Below, in pieces: positions 8,247 to 15,797 of a DNA stretch of 16,991 bases. Each line of letters begins with the position of its first letter. Position 1 is the stretch's first letter. The DNA comes from a virus (taxonomy: Duplodnaviria; Heunggongvirae; Uroviricota; Caudoviricetes): positions 1-16,991 of the IMG/VR virus record IMGVR_UViG_2778261391_000006; one strand, 5' to 3'. The translations under genes were made by a program, and so were the position numbers. Below the pieces are notes generated by a model. The model was not told the origin of the DNA, did not search any database, and was given only the letters and a program-made list of their open reading frames with translations.

Positions 8247-8567
8247 TCAGTGCAGTACCGGCGCTTTTATGTGACGGGCACAGAGTTCATCCATCACAAC
8301 CAGCCCGAGAAAGGACAGCGACGGCGCTGCCTTCAGGGGGCCGGATTCCATTAAATCTTCCAGCAGGGCACAGGCTATCTGACGCCCTTTTTCCTCACCG
8401 TGCTGGCGCAGATAAAAGCCTTCCAGCTCAGCGGCGATGGCCGCCTCCAGTGATTCAAGGGTGAGATGCGGGTAGCGGTGCTGACGTTCGCACACGGTCA
8501 GCCAGGCACAGGCGACAGCGCGACGGTAAAGGGCTGCGCGTAAGACGGGCGGTAAGGGTGTTTTCAT
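8247..8567 (-). CDS. Hypothetical protein, 106 aa, in the position and size of P4 orf106
   Basis: ATG 8565-8567 with strong GGGAGGAAA RBS; ends 14 bp before the alpha start on the same strand. Confidence 0.6.
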
Positions 8568-8702
8568 TTGCTTTCCTCCCTGTGACAGATGACTGCATTC
8601 CGTGCCGGTTGCATTAACTGATAAGGCATATCTGCGTCTCCTGAAGACGTGCGTATCCCTGCGCGAATACGCACATTTAATTTTTCGGGTGTCGTTTTTT
8701 AA

Positions 8703-9158
8703 TTACAGATAATTGCGGTAACTGTTATCCGGGGTGATTTCCGGGTCAGGCTCCGTGCGGGGAATTTCCCGCCATTCCCGCGCCACCGGTGCCGCCCGGC
8801 TGACCGGAACAGTGTCCTGCGGGTAAATATCCAGATATTTCTCCCGCCATTTCTGTAATTCCGGGTCTCCGGCCATTTCTTTCAGTACCGCATGCCGGTT
8901 TACGGGGCTGCGTTTAAACAGGTCAGGACGGTCACAGGTAAATTCCCGCAGAAAACGCCCCAGCGGGATGTCTGTGGTGCGCCCGTCAGCGAGGATACGC
9001 ACAAGGATACTGAATTTACGGCGGTACGGGTTCCAGACAATGTCCGGGCAGCGGTACGGCATTTCCCACGGAATACCGTCTTCCAGAATGCCGACCACGG
9101 CCACATCGGGAAAACCGGCAGAACGGTAAATCTCACCGGGCTGGGGAAAATCAAACAT
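8703..9158 (-). CDS. Hypothetical protein, 151 aa, in the position and size of P4 orf151
   Basis: ATG 9156-9158 with GGAGA RBS; overlaps the epsilon stop by 8 nt, consistent with translational coupling in the left operon. Confidence 0.6.
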   Translation of the reverse strand: MFDFPQPGEIYRSAGFPDVAVVGILEDGIPWEMPYRCPDIVWNPYRRKFSILVRILADGRTTDIPLGRFLREFTCDRPDLFKRSPVNRHAVLKEMAGDPELQKWREKYLDIYPQDTVPVSRAAPVAREWREIPRTEPDPEITPDNSYRNYL

Positions 9159-9438
9159 GCGTCCTGTCTCCCCGGTCTTTCTGCTGGGCGAGAAAATCGC
9201 GGCACAGGCCTTTGGCTTTCAGCTCATTCAGCACAAAATCAATATCTTCATTCAGGTAGCTGAAAATATGCGGAATGTAGAGCTGATGCAGGCCGGAGAG
9301 TTCACGGTGAATCAAATCACCCCCAACAAACTGGGATACGGCGCTGGCGCGGTTGAGCTTATGGTAAGCCTCAATGCTGAGGTGTTCACGGGCGTCATGA
9401 CGCGCTGAGACGGTCTGAGGGGCTTTTTTATTACGCAC
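9151..9438 (-). CDS. epsilon: Probable epsilon-like protein (P2-repressor antagonist / derepression protein position), 95 aa
   Basis: ORF with GTG start and no internal Met, in the expected place between the immunity region and orf151. Assigned by synteny only. Confidence 0.45.
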   Translation of the reverse strand: MRNKKAPQTVSARHDAREHLSIEAYHKLNRASAVSQFVGGDLIHRELSGLHQLYIPHIFSYLNEDIDFVLNELKAKGLCRDFLAQQKDRGDRTHV

Positions 9439-10021
9439 GGGACACCCCCATCACCGGCAGACGGGCAGCAAGGGAGAGCACATAGTCACGGACAAGGGAA
9501 CGGCGGGCGCTGCGTTCATCACCGGCGACGGTGCGAAGCATACAGATACGGGGATGACGGTCTGCGCGACGGACAGCCGCAAACACAAAGACAAATTCAG
9601 GGTGTGAGGGGGTAAGGGTCGTAGCCATAAGGCAACCTCCGATAACAGCGTAAATGACGCTATCGCCGGAGTTCTCACGCTCGATGGCGATAGCCCAGAC
9701 GGGGGTGAGAATACCGGCGTTATCGGATACCGGCCAGCCCGAAGGCTGCCCCGCCTGAGCTACCATTGACTCAGTGGCATAACATGCGATTGCGAACAGG
9801 ATCATACCTGCACGGCAAACCACACGCCACACCATAATCTGGCGCTCTGTGGCGTTGATTGCGACACAAAAAAAGACGCATGGCGCGTCATATGTCGCCG
9901 ATAACATACTCGGGTTCTCACGCCCGGCTGCCGATTTTGCGGCAGCGGAAAAACTATATCCGCAAATGCCGGAAAAAGGCAAGCCAGAAAAAGGGAGTTT
10001 TTGCAGAGCGGGCATCATCAT
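9431..10021 (-). CDS. ORF in the left-operon leader/immunity region (kil/eta-equivalent position); boundaries uncertain
   Basis: Start ATG 10019-10021 overlaps the vis stop in an ATGA arrangement, but a good promoter candidate lies inside this ORF, so the real product may start further downstream or the frame may be a GC-rich artefact. Confidence 0.25.
   Translation of the reverse strand: MMMPALQKLPFSGLPFSGICGYSFSAAAKSAAGRENPSMLSATYDAPCVFFCVAINATERQIMVWRVVCRAGMILFAIACYATESMVAQAGQPSGWPVSDNAGILTPVWAIAIERENSGDSVIYAVIGGCLMATTLTPSHPEFVFVFAAVRRADRHPRICMLRTVAGDERSARRSLVRDYVLSLAARLPVMGVSRA
9439..9945 (-). other. Leader/immunity region of the left operon, where a P4-type CI RNA and its complementary seq elements are expected
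   Basis: Region between the candidate early promoter and the epsilon start. By P4 architecture the processed immunity RNA lies here; I could not place it by sequence. Confidence 0.3.
9953..9982 (-). promoter_or_regulatory. Candidate early leftward promoter (PLE-like), sigma70-type
   Basis: Minus-strand TTGCCT (-35, plus 9977-9982), 18-bp spacer, TATAGT (-10, plus 9953-9958); lies ~395 bp downstream of the candidate late promoter, matching the P4 PLL-PLE spacing. Confidence 0.4.
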
Positions 10022-10284
10022 GCGTCGTACCCCCGTTTGCGTCCGGCAATGCGCCCGGCCATCCATGCGGTGATTTCAGAGTGCAGCCAGGCCACATTTT
10101 TACCGCCAAGGCTCACCTGCGGTGGAAATTCCCCCTTACGGATAAGTTCATAGATGGTCGAGCGTGACAGGCCGCACAGGTGCATCACTTCCGGCAGACG
10201 TAAAAAACGCTCCTGTGTGATATCCGGCAGCGGAATCAGTGGCGTCACAGGGGCGGGAGACGGGGAAGAAAAAACAGCTTGCAT
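10018..10284 (-). CDS. vis: Vis / AlpA-family small DNA-binding regulator-excisionase, 88 aa
   Basis: AlpA-type HTH core [50 protein letters not shown]; ATG 10282-10284 with GAGGT RBS; first gene after the leftward late promoter, as in P4. Confidence 0.85.
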   Translation of the reverse strand: MQAVFSSPSPAPVTPLIPLPDITQERFLRLPEVMHLCGLSRSTIYELIRKGEFPPQVSLGGKNVAWLHSEITAWMAGRIAGRKRGYDA

Positions 10285-10386
10285 CGGGCTACCTCGTTAA
10301 TGTCCATACAGCACCGGATAAGTCCGTCCGGCTTCGGGTAGCGCTTTATTTTGTGAATATTTTTGGCAGACGCAACAGGGGGGATT

Positions 10387-10404
10387 TGTTCAGGCAGCCT
10401 TACA
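10387..10404 (-). promoter_or_regulatory. Late leftward promoter activator site (PLL-like), TGT-N12-ACA dyad
   Basis: TGT(10387-10389)-N12-ACA(10402-10404), about 100 bp upstream of the vis start; this dyad is the Ogr/Delta site of P2/P4 late promoters. Confidence 0.5.
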
Positions 10405-10563
10405 ATGGCTGTGTGTTTTTTATCCATCCGGACTGGAAGGGTCTCAAAGGGTTCTGAAGGACCTGGAATTTTTTATAGTGAAATACAAATTGTTTTTTCT
10501 TATTCATTCCCGGCGAATTAATAAAAACAAACAGTAGTAAACAGCACAAAAAGTCCATGAGCG

Positions 10564-10668
10564 GGTGAACAGTGGTGAACAGACGGTGAACAGTCATTAC
10601 TGCGATTGTTCACCCTTTAACTTACTGTATTACTTATCTTTTTTATTAAGGTGAACAGAGGTGAACAG
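10564..10668. repeat. P4-type origin of replication: six type I iterons around an AT-rich spacer
   Basis: GGTGAACAG at 10564-10572, 10574-10582, 10585-10593, 10650-10658, 10660-10668 and inverted TGTTCACC at 10607-10614; AT-rich stretch 10616-10649. Same octamer as in crr, ~4.9 kb away. Confidence 0.75.
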
Positions 10669-10746
10669 TAAAATATAAAAAAACAAACAGTAAGCCGGTT
10701 TTTCCTGCGACCTTTTCCTGGCTTGCCGGTGTGAGGATGAGTCTCC

Positions 10747-10764
10747 TGTGTCAGGGCTGGCACA
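10747..10764 (+). promoter_or_regulatory. Late rightward promoter activator site (Psid-like), TGT-N12-ACA dyad
   Basis: TGT(10747-10749)-N12-ACA(10762-10764), ~80 bp upstream of the sid ATG, the expected position for a -55-centred activator site. Confidence 0.55.
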
Positions 10765-10836
10765 TCTGCAATGCGTCGTGTTGTTGTCCGGTGTACGTCA
10801 CAATTTTCTTAACCTGAAGTGACGAGGAGCCGGAAA

Positions 10837-11571
10837 ATGTCTGACAACACCATCCCTGAATATCTGCAACCCGCACTGGCACAACTGGAAAAGGCCAGAG
10901 CCGCCCATCTTGAGAACGCCCGCCTGATGGATGAGACCGTCACGGCCATTGAACGGGCAGAGCAGGAAAAAAATGCGCTGGCGCAGGCCGACGGAAACGA
11001 CGCTGACGACTGGCGCACGGCCTTTCGTGCAGCCGGTGGTGTCCTGAGCGACGAGCTGAAACAGCGCCACATTGAGCGCGTGGCACGCCGGGAACTGGTA
11101 CAGGAATATGACAATCTGGCCGTGGTGCTGAATTTTGAACGCGAACGCCTGAAAGGGGCGTGTGACAGCACGGCCACCGCCTACCGGAAGGCACATCATC
11201 ACCTTCTGAGTCTGTATGCAGAGCATGAGCTGGAACACGCCCTGAATGAAACCTGTGAGGCGCTTGTCCGGGCAATGCATCTGAGCATTCTGGTACAGGA
11301 AAATCCGCTCGCCAACACCACCGGCCATCAGGGCTACGTCGCACCGGAAAAGGCTGTCATGCAGCAGGTGAAATCATCGCTGGAACAGAAAATTAAACAG
11401 ATGCAAATCAGCCTCACCGGCGAGCCGGTTCTCCGGCTGACCGGACTGTCAGCGGCAACACTTCCTCACATGGATTATGAGGTGGCAGGCACACCGGCAC
11501 AGCGCAAGGTGTGGCAGGACAAAATAGACCAGCAGGGAGCAGTGCTTAAGGCCAGAGGACTGCTGTCATGA
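10837..11571 (+). CDS. sid: Sid-type external capsid-size-determination scaffold protein, 244 aa
   Basis: ATG 10837 with GAGGAG RBS at 7-nt spacing (the track's 10819 start has no RBS); coiled-coil-rich; length and position match P4 Sid; stop overlaps the delta start (ATGA). Confidence 0.85.
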   Translation: MSDNTIPEYLQPALAQLEKARAAHLENARLMDETVTAIERAEQEKNALAQADGNDADDWRTAFRAAGGVLSDELKQRHIERVARRELVQEYDNLAVVLNFERERLKGACDSTATAYRKAHHHLLSLYAEHELEHALNETCEALVRAMHLSILVQENPLANTTGHQGYVAPEKAVMQQVKSSLEQKIKQMQISLTGEPVLRLTGLSAATLPHMDYEVAGTPAQRKVWQDKIDQQGAVLKARGLLS

Positions 11572-12068
11572 TTTACTGCCCGTCGTGTGGTCATGTTGCT
11601 CACACCCGCCGCGCACATTTCATGGACGATGGCACCAAGATAATGATTGCACAGTGCCGGAATATTTATTGCTCTGCGACATTTGAAGCGAGTGAAAGCT
11701 TTTTCTCTGACTGTAAAGATTCAGGAATGGAATACATTTCAGGCAAACAGAGATACCGCGATTCACTGACGTCAGCCTCCGGCAGTATGAAACGGCCGAA
11801 AAGAATGCTTGTTACCGGATATTGTTGTCGGAGATGTAAAGGCCTTGCACTGTCAAGAACATCGCGGCGTCTGTCTCAGGAAGTCACCGAGCGTTTTTAT
11901 GTGTGCACGGATCCGGGCTGTGGTCTGGTGTTTAAAACGCTTCAGACCATTAACCGTTTCATTGTCCGCCCGGTCACGCCGGACGAACTGGCAGAAAGCC
12001 TGCATGAAAAACAGGAACTGCCGCCAGTACGCTTAAAAACACAATCATATTCGCTGCGTCTGGAATGA
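11568..12068 (+). CDS. delta: Delta-type late transcriptional activator (tandem Ogr-like zinc-finger protein), 166 aa
   Basis: Two Ogr-like zinc-finger halves: CPSCGH...C...YC and CCRRCKG...C...C; translationally coupled to sid; length equals P4 Delta. Confidence 0.9.
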   Translation: MIYCPSCGHVAHTRRAHFMDDGTKIMIAQCRNIYCSATFEASESFFSDCKDSGMEYISGKQRYRDSLTSASGSMKRPKRMLVTGYCCRRCKGLALSRTSRRLSQEVTERFYVCTDPGCGLVFKTLQTINRFIVRPVTPDELAESLHEKQELPPVRLKTQSYSLRLE

Positions 12069-12141
12069 GGGCTGCCGGTTAACACCGGCCGTCGCCGCAC
12101 ACCGTATTTTTATTCTTCAGCATGATGAGAAAGAGATAACG

Positions 12142-12714
12142 ATGGAAAGCACAGCCTTACAGCAGGCCTTTGACACCTGTCAGAATAACAAAGCAGCATG
12201 GCTGCAACGCAAAAATGAGCTGGCAGCGGCCGAACAGGAATACCTGCGGCTTCTGTCAGGAGAAGGCAGAAACGTCAGTCGCCTGGACGAATTACGCAAT
12301 ATTATCGAAGTCAGAAAATGGCAGGTGAATCAGGCCGCTGGTCGTTATATTCGTTCGCATGAAGCCGTTCAGCACATCAGCATCCGCGACCGGCTGAATG
12401 ATTTTATGCAGCAGCACGGCACAGCACTGGCGGCGGCACTGGCACCGGAGCTGATGGGCTACAGTGAGCTGACGGCCATTGCCCGAAACTGTGCCATACA
12501 GCGTGCCACAGATGCCCTGCGTGAAGCCCTTCTGTCCTGGCTTGCGAAGGGGGAAAAAATTAATTATTCCGCACAGGATAGCGACATTTTAACGACCATC
12601 GGATTCAGGCCTGACGCGGCTTCGGTGGACGACAGCCGTGAAAAATTTACCCCTGCGCAGAACATGATTTTTTCGCGTAAAAGTGCGCAACTGGCATCAC
12701 GTCAGTCTGTGTAA
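12142..12714 (+). CDS. psu: Psu-type polarity suppression / capsid decoration protein, 190 aa
   Basis: Third gene of the sid-delta-psu late operon; length and position match P4 Psu; followed by cos. Confidence 0.8.
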   Translation: MESTALQQAFDTCQNNKAAWLQRKNELAAAEQEYLRLLSGEGRNVSRLDELRNIIEVRKWQVNQAAGRYIRSHEAVQHISIRDRLNDFMQQHGTALAAALAPELMGYSELTAIARNCAIQRATDALREALLSWLAKGEKINYSAQDSDILTTIGFRPDAASVDDSREKFTPAQNMIFSRKSAQLASRQSV

Positions 12715-12740
12715 AATTTCCCGAAAATCCGCCTGTTTTT

Positions 12741-12777
12741 ACTGAAAAAAGCCATGCATCGATAAGGTGCATGGCTT
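12741..12777 (-). terminator. Putative terminator (hairpin plus T-tract on the minus strand) between psu and cos
   Basis: Perfect 10-bp stem AAGCCATGCA / TGCATGGCTT (12749-12758 / 12768-12777) with a 9-nt loop; on the minus strand it is followed by TTTTTT (plus-strand A-run 12745-12750). Could stop the integrase-cargo transcript and possibly psu read-through. Confidence 0.4.
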
Positions 12778-12878
12778 TGCATGCGTTTCCCTGCCTCATT
12801 TTCTGCAGACCGCGCCATTCCCGGCGCGGTCTGAGCGTGTCAGTGCAACTGCATTAAAACCGCCCCGCAAAGCGTGCG

Positions 12879-12897
12879 GGCGAGGCGGGGAAAGCAC
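12879..12897. other. cos site: P2/P4-type 19-nt cohesive end sequence
   Basis: Exact GGCGAGGCGGGGAAAGCAC, which I recall as the P2/P4 cohesive end, at the position expected from P4 (just after psu). Confidence 0.8.
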
Positions 12898-12911
12898 TGC
12901 GCGTAGCGATA

Positions 12912-14684
12912 TTAAATATCCCACAATTTTTCTAAATCAAGAGTATCGCTGTTAGGAGCATTTTCCTCAGCTAATCTGTCGATTTGAACAAGTAATGGGG
13001 TGTGGAAAGCTGTTCCTGAAACTATACACCCACCAGGAGGAAGTGTTGGAATTAGTGATCTTGATGCCGCATCAAGGGTGCTTAAAGTATTTTTTAACAA
13101 AAACAAATCATTTTCGTTCACTAATCGATGAATAAAATAATTATGAAGTTGGGAAACAATTGTGGGAGAGATGTCAAAAGGTCGTTGACTCGAAATTGTA
13201 ACGAAGAACCCAAACTTCCTTCCCTCTTTTATTATTTCCTCAAATAACTCAAGCCTATAATCTTTCCATGTTTCCGCCTCTCTGACAGATGTTTCAGACA
13301 ATATGTTGTGTGCTTCATCTATAATTAGGTGGAAGCTTTCCTTTGTATTTTTAGATGACTTGTGCTCTAAGAATGAACATTTTGCAAGCATCATTGGAAT
13401 GGTTTTTTTGATTAATTGATTGCACTCTTTTAATGACACTATATATATAGGTTTTTTATTTTTTGTTTCGTTTCTGATATTAATTACTTTGGATAGGGCA
13501 GGAGTCATTGCCGTTATTTTATTAATTAGCGGATATATATGATCATATTGTACATAATTACGTGATACTGAATTAATTAGTTGTAGAATAGATCGGATTG
13601 CAACTTCATCAAAAACGCTGTTTAACTTAAACTTGGATTTATATGTTGCATCTAAAGCCTGTAAAGCATCTTCCATTTTATCAATGAAGTTGTATTTTGA
13701 GTGCAAATACTTATTTTGCCCAGAATGCCATGAGAATTGTGATAACTCTTCAAGTATTTTACCCTGTGCTCTCTCTGAAAAGTAAGGGGCAAGGCTTTTT
13801 AATAAATTTATTGTTTCCCTGTGTGGATTAGGAGAAAACATACTGTGGATAGTTGTTTGTAAGTAATCCTCCAATTTACCATTATATTTTTCTCTATTTT
13901 TAATTAAATGACTAAGAAATGGCTTTTGAGTTTTTTCAGTTGCAGAAAACAATACCGATAATAATTCATCATCCCAAAATTCATCATCAGTGAAAGTTAG
14001 TTTATCACCGGAATTCTTTGTGTTGAGATTGACTTGTTCGCACAAATCTGGAAATGACGTAGCAAATGTGCTGTATTCACCATTAAAATCAATCAAAACA
14101 AAACTTGATTTTGATATAACTCTTTCTTTTGTTGTTATAAGGTTTATTAGAGAGTGATAAAGTTTTGCAAGAGTGTTGGACTTGCCACTTCCAGTGTTTC
14201 CAAATATGCCTATGTGTGAATTAAAAATACCATTTATTGGTATGTTAATTGGCAACTCCTCTAACATAGATTTCCCTATGTTTATTAAAGGTGCTTTAGT
14301 GTTTTTGCTAAACTTATATATTTCTGATATCTTCTCGTCTGAAATTAAGTGTAAGCTGTCATTTATCATTGGTAAAAATTTTATACCGGAATAAAATGAA
14401 CTCTCAAAAAAATACCCTAAAATATTCAGTTCTACAAAACGGTCATATTTTTTTTGTTCAATTTCATCGCTTCTAATATTGATGTTTTCAACAATTTCTT
14501 CACCAATAATCTTTCCGACGATATCGTGATAACCTTTTTTAATCAAAACAAATTCATTTATAGAGATACCTCGTAGTATTTTACCTTTATGAAAGTATGT
14601 TGACTGAAAAAAGTCATGATTGATTTTGGCCCTTACTGTTGTGCCCTTTATTTGGGTAACATTACCAACAATTAGTTCTTCCAT
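12912..14684 (-). CDS. herA: HerA-like ATPase (HerA/FtsK-type), partner of the SIR2 protein in the SIR2-HerA (Nezha) defence system
   Basis: Walker A GIFGNTGSGKSNT; Walker B/DEAH LIIDEAHN; C-terminal RKFGFFVTISSQRPFDI-type segment typical of HerA; ATG 14684 with GGAGA RBS; overlaps the upstream SIR2 gene by 13 nt. Confidence 0.85.
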   Translation of the reverse strand: MEELIVGNVTQIKGTTVRAKINHDFFQSTYFHKGKILRGISINEFVLIKKGYHDIVGKIIGEEIVENINIRSDEIEQKKYDRFVELNILGYFFESSFYSGIKFLPMINDSLHLISDEKISEIYKFSKNTKAPLINIGKSMLEELPINIPINGIFNSHIGIFGNTGSGKSNTLAKLYHSLINLITTKERVISKSSFVLIDFNGEYSTFATSFPDLCEQVNLNTKNSGDKLTFTDDEFWDDELLSVLFSATEKTQKPFLSHLIKNREKYNGKLEDYLQTTIHSMFSPNPHRETINLLKSLAPYFSERAQGKILEELSQFSWHSGQNKYLHSKYNFIDKMEDALQALDATYKSKFKLNSVFDEVAIRSILQLINSVSRNYVQYDHIYPLINKITAMTPALSKVINIRNETKNKKPIYIVSLKECNQLIKKTIPMMLAKCSFLEHKSSKNTKESFHLIIDEAHNILSETSVREAETWKDYRLELFEEIIKEGRKFGFFVTISSQRPFDISPTIVSQLHNYFIHRLVNENDLFLLKNTLSTLDAASRSLIPTLPPGGCIVSGTAFHTPLLVQIDRLAEENAPNSDTLDLEKLWDI

Positions 14685-15787
14685 GTAATCCAATCTCCGT
14701 GTTCAGATCTAAATACTCTATCTATAAACGGTTTAAATGAAATTGTATGATCATCTTCTATAGGAAGAATATAGGTTATTCGTTGGTCATTGATAATGTG
14801 CTGTATACTTTCCATGCTGGATTTTGAGTAGCAAAAAACAAAGACCTTAAGAGTAGGGTTACTTAATGATCTTTTTATAATCTCACGTATGTGTTCATCT
14901 TGAAAAGAAAAACCAAAACAAATTAATACAGTTTGTGGTTTCTCTAATTCATAACTTAGCAATCGTAAACATTGGTAATAATGTTGTTGAAAAACAGTTT
15001 CAGAAAATTTTTCTTTAGTTGGGCTAACTATAGCTAAGTTGTTGTAATAAGATTTAAATTCTTGAAGTGTTTCTTGATCGCTTGTAGATAAATTTAAATA
15101 ACTAACGAGATTATCGCTTGTTTCGTTTAAGGTGGTGACTAAATCATTAATGTCTTTTTTTGTATCTAGTCTAAACTTTGGTGGTTCTTCTTGAGTGTAA
15201 TTAATACTAATCGTTTCATTAATATCTCTACACCAAGAAACAGAACCATGCATTTTTATTAAGTTTACTGTTGGAATTTCATGTTTGTACATATCATGCG
15301 TACCTTGATGCCAAGCAGTAATATGAAAATTACTAATGTTCAATTTCCGGCTTTTGAAACCTAGACCACCGTCATTGAAATGAAATGTTTTATTATTTAA
15401 AATATCATCAGCCGCAGTTTCGAAAAAAAGATCATAATTTGTTGTAAAAATATTCGCTCGCCTTATTTGATTTGCCCCTTTTTTCTCTAATAATTTGATT
15501 AGTTCATCAATAAAGTAGCTATAGTTTGCTAAAGTAGAATTATATTTTTTGTCTTCACTATTAGGTTTAACACAAAATGTTTTTCTAATGATATTATTGA
15601 AATAAGAACATAATATGAAGTCCTTGACACCCTCACAATCCTCATGTGTAAGTAATGTTTCATAAGTAGTGTTTTTATCTAGATAGAGAGTAGGAATATA
15701 TGAAGCAGAGGAGCCTGAGCCAAATAAAAAATTTATATTTTTATCATAGATATTTGAGGCTTTGCATGGAAAATCTTTATTATTCAT
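14672..15787 (-). CDS. SIR2-family (sirtuin-like NAD+-binding) protein, first gene of the SIR2-HerA defence operon
   Basis: Rossmann glycine loop FLFGSGSSASYIP; TTNYD motif (sirtuin TQNID-like); catalytic-His-type MHGS; ATG 15785-15787 with AAGGA RBS; starts 7 bp after the integrase stop. Confidence 0.85.
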   Translation of the reverse strand: MNNKDFPCKASNIYDKNINFLFGSGSSASYIPTLYLDKNTTYETLLTHEDCEGVKDFILCSYFNNIIRKTFCVKPNSEDKKYNSTLANYSYFIDELIKLLEKKGANQIRRANIFTTNYDLFFETAADDILNNKTFHFNDGGLGFKSRKLNISNFHITAWHQGTHDMYKHEIPTVNLIKMHGSVSWCRDINETISINYTQEEPPKFRLDTKKDINDLVTTLNETSDNLVSYLNLSTSDQETLQEFKSYYNNLAIVSPTKEKFSETVFQQHYYQCLRLLSYELEKPQTVLICFGFSFQDEHIREIIKRSLSNPTLKVFVFCYSKSSMESIQHIINDQRITYILPIEDDHTISFKPFIDRVFRSEHGDWITWKN

Positions 15788-15797
15788 CACTATATCC

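Noticed and set aside
5827-8274. Several plus-strand ORFs (140, 108, 65, 253, 74, 156, 163 aa) and minus-strand ORFs (64, 77 aa) inside the alpha gene
   Set aside because: All lie within or antisense to the 777-aa alpha ORF, which has clear primase and helicase motifs; long alternative-frame ORFs are expected in GC-rich DNA and none has an RBS or recognisable motif.
8892-9408. ORFs of 123 aa (+), 101 aa (-) and 83 aa (+) overlapping the orf151-like and epsilon ORFs
   Set aside because: Alternative-frame overlaps within a tightly coupled operon; no independent start signals.
9849-10167. Plus-strand ORFs (74 and 102 aa) opposite vis and the early promoter region
   Set aside because: Antisense to the AlpA-like vis gene and to the leader region; no RBS; likely spurious.
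10239-10597. Small ORFs (72 aa +, 60 aa -, 65 aa -) in the late-promoter/origin intergenic region
   Set aside because: They overlap the vis start, the TGT-N12-ACA dyad or the iterons; the region is better explained as regulatory and origin DNA.
10798-11344. Minus-strand ORFs (176, 122, 134 aa) overlapping sid
   Set aside because: Antisense to the sid gene, which fits P4 in size, RBS and operon context; the overlapping ORFs have low-complexity Arg/Ala/Ser-rich translations typical of GC-rich artefacts.
12767-12955. 62-aa plus-strand ORF spanning the cos site and the HerA 3' end
   Set aside because: Crosses the cos 19-mer and GC-rich hairpins; no RBS; this region is better explained as packaging and terminator DNA.
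14173-14394. 73-aa plus-strand ORF inside the HerA-like gene
   Set aside because: Antisense to a gene with clear Walker A/B motifs; AT-rich artefact.
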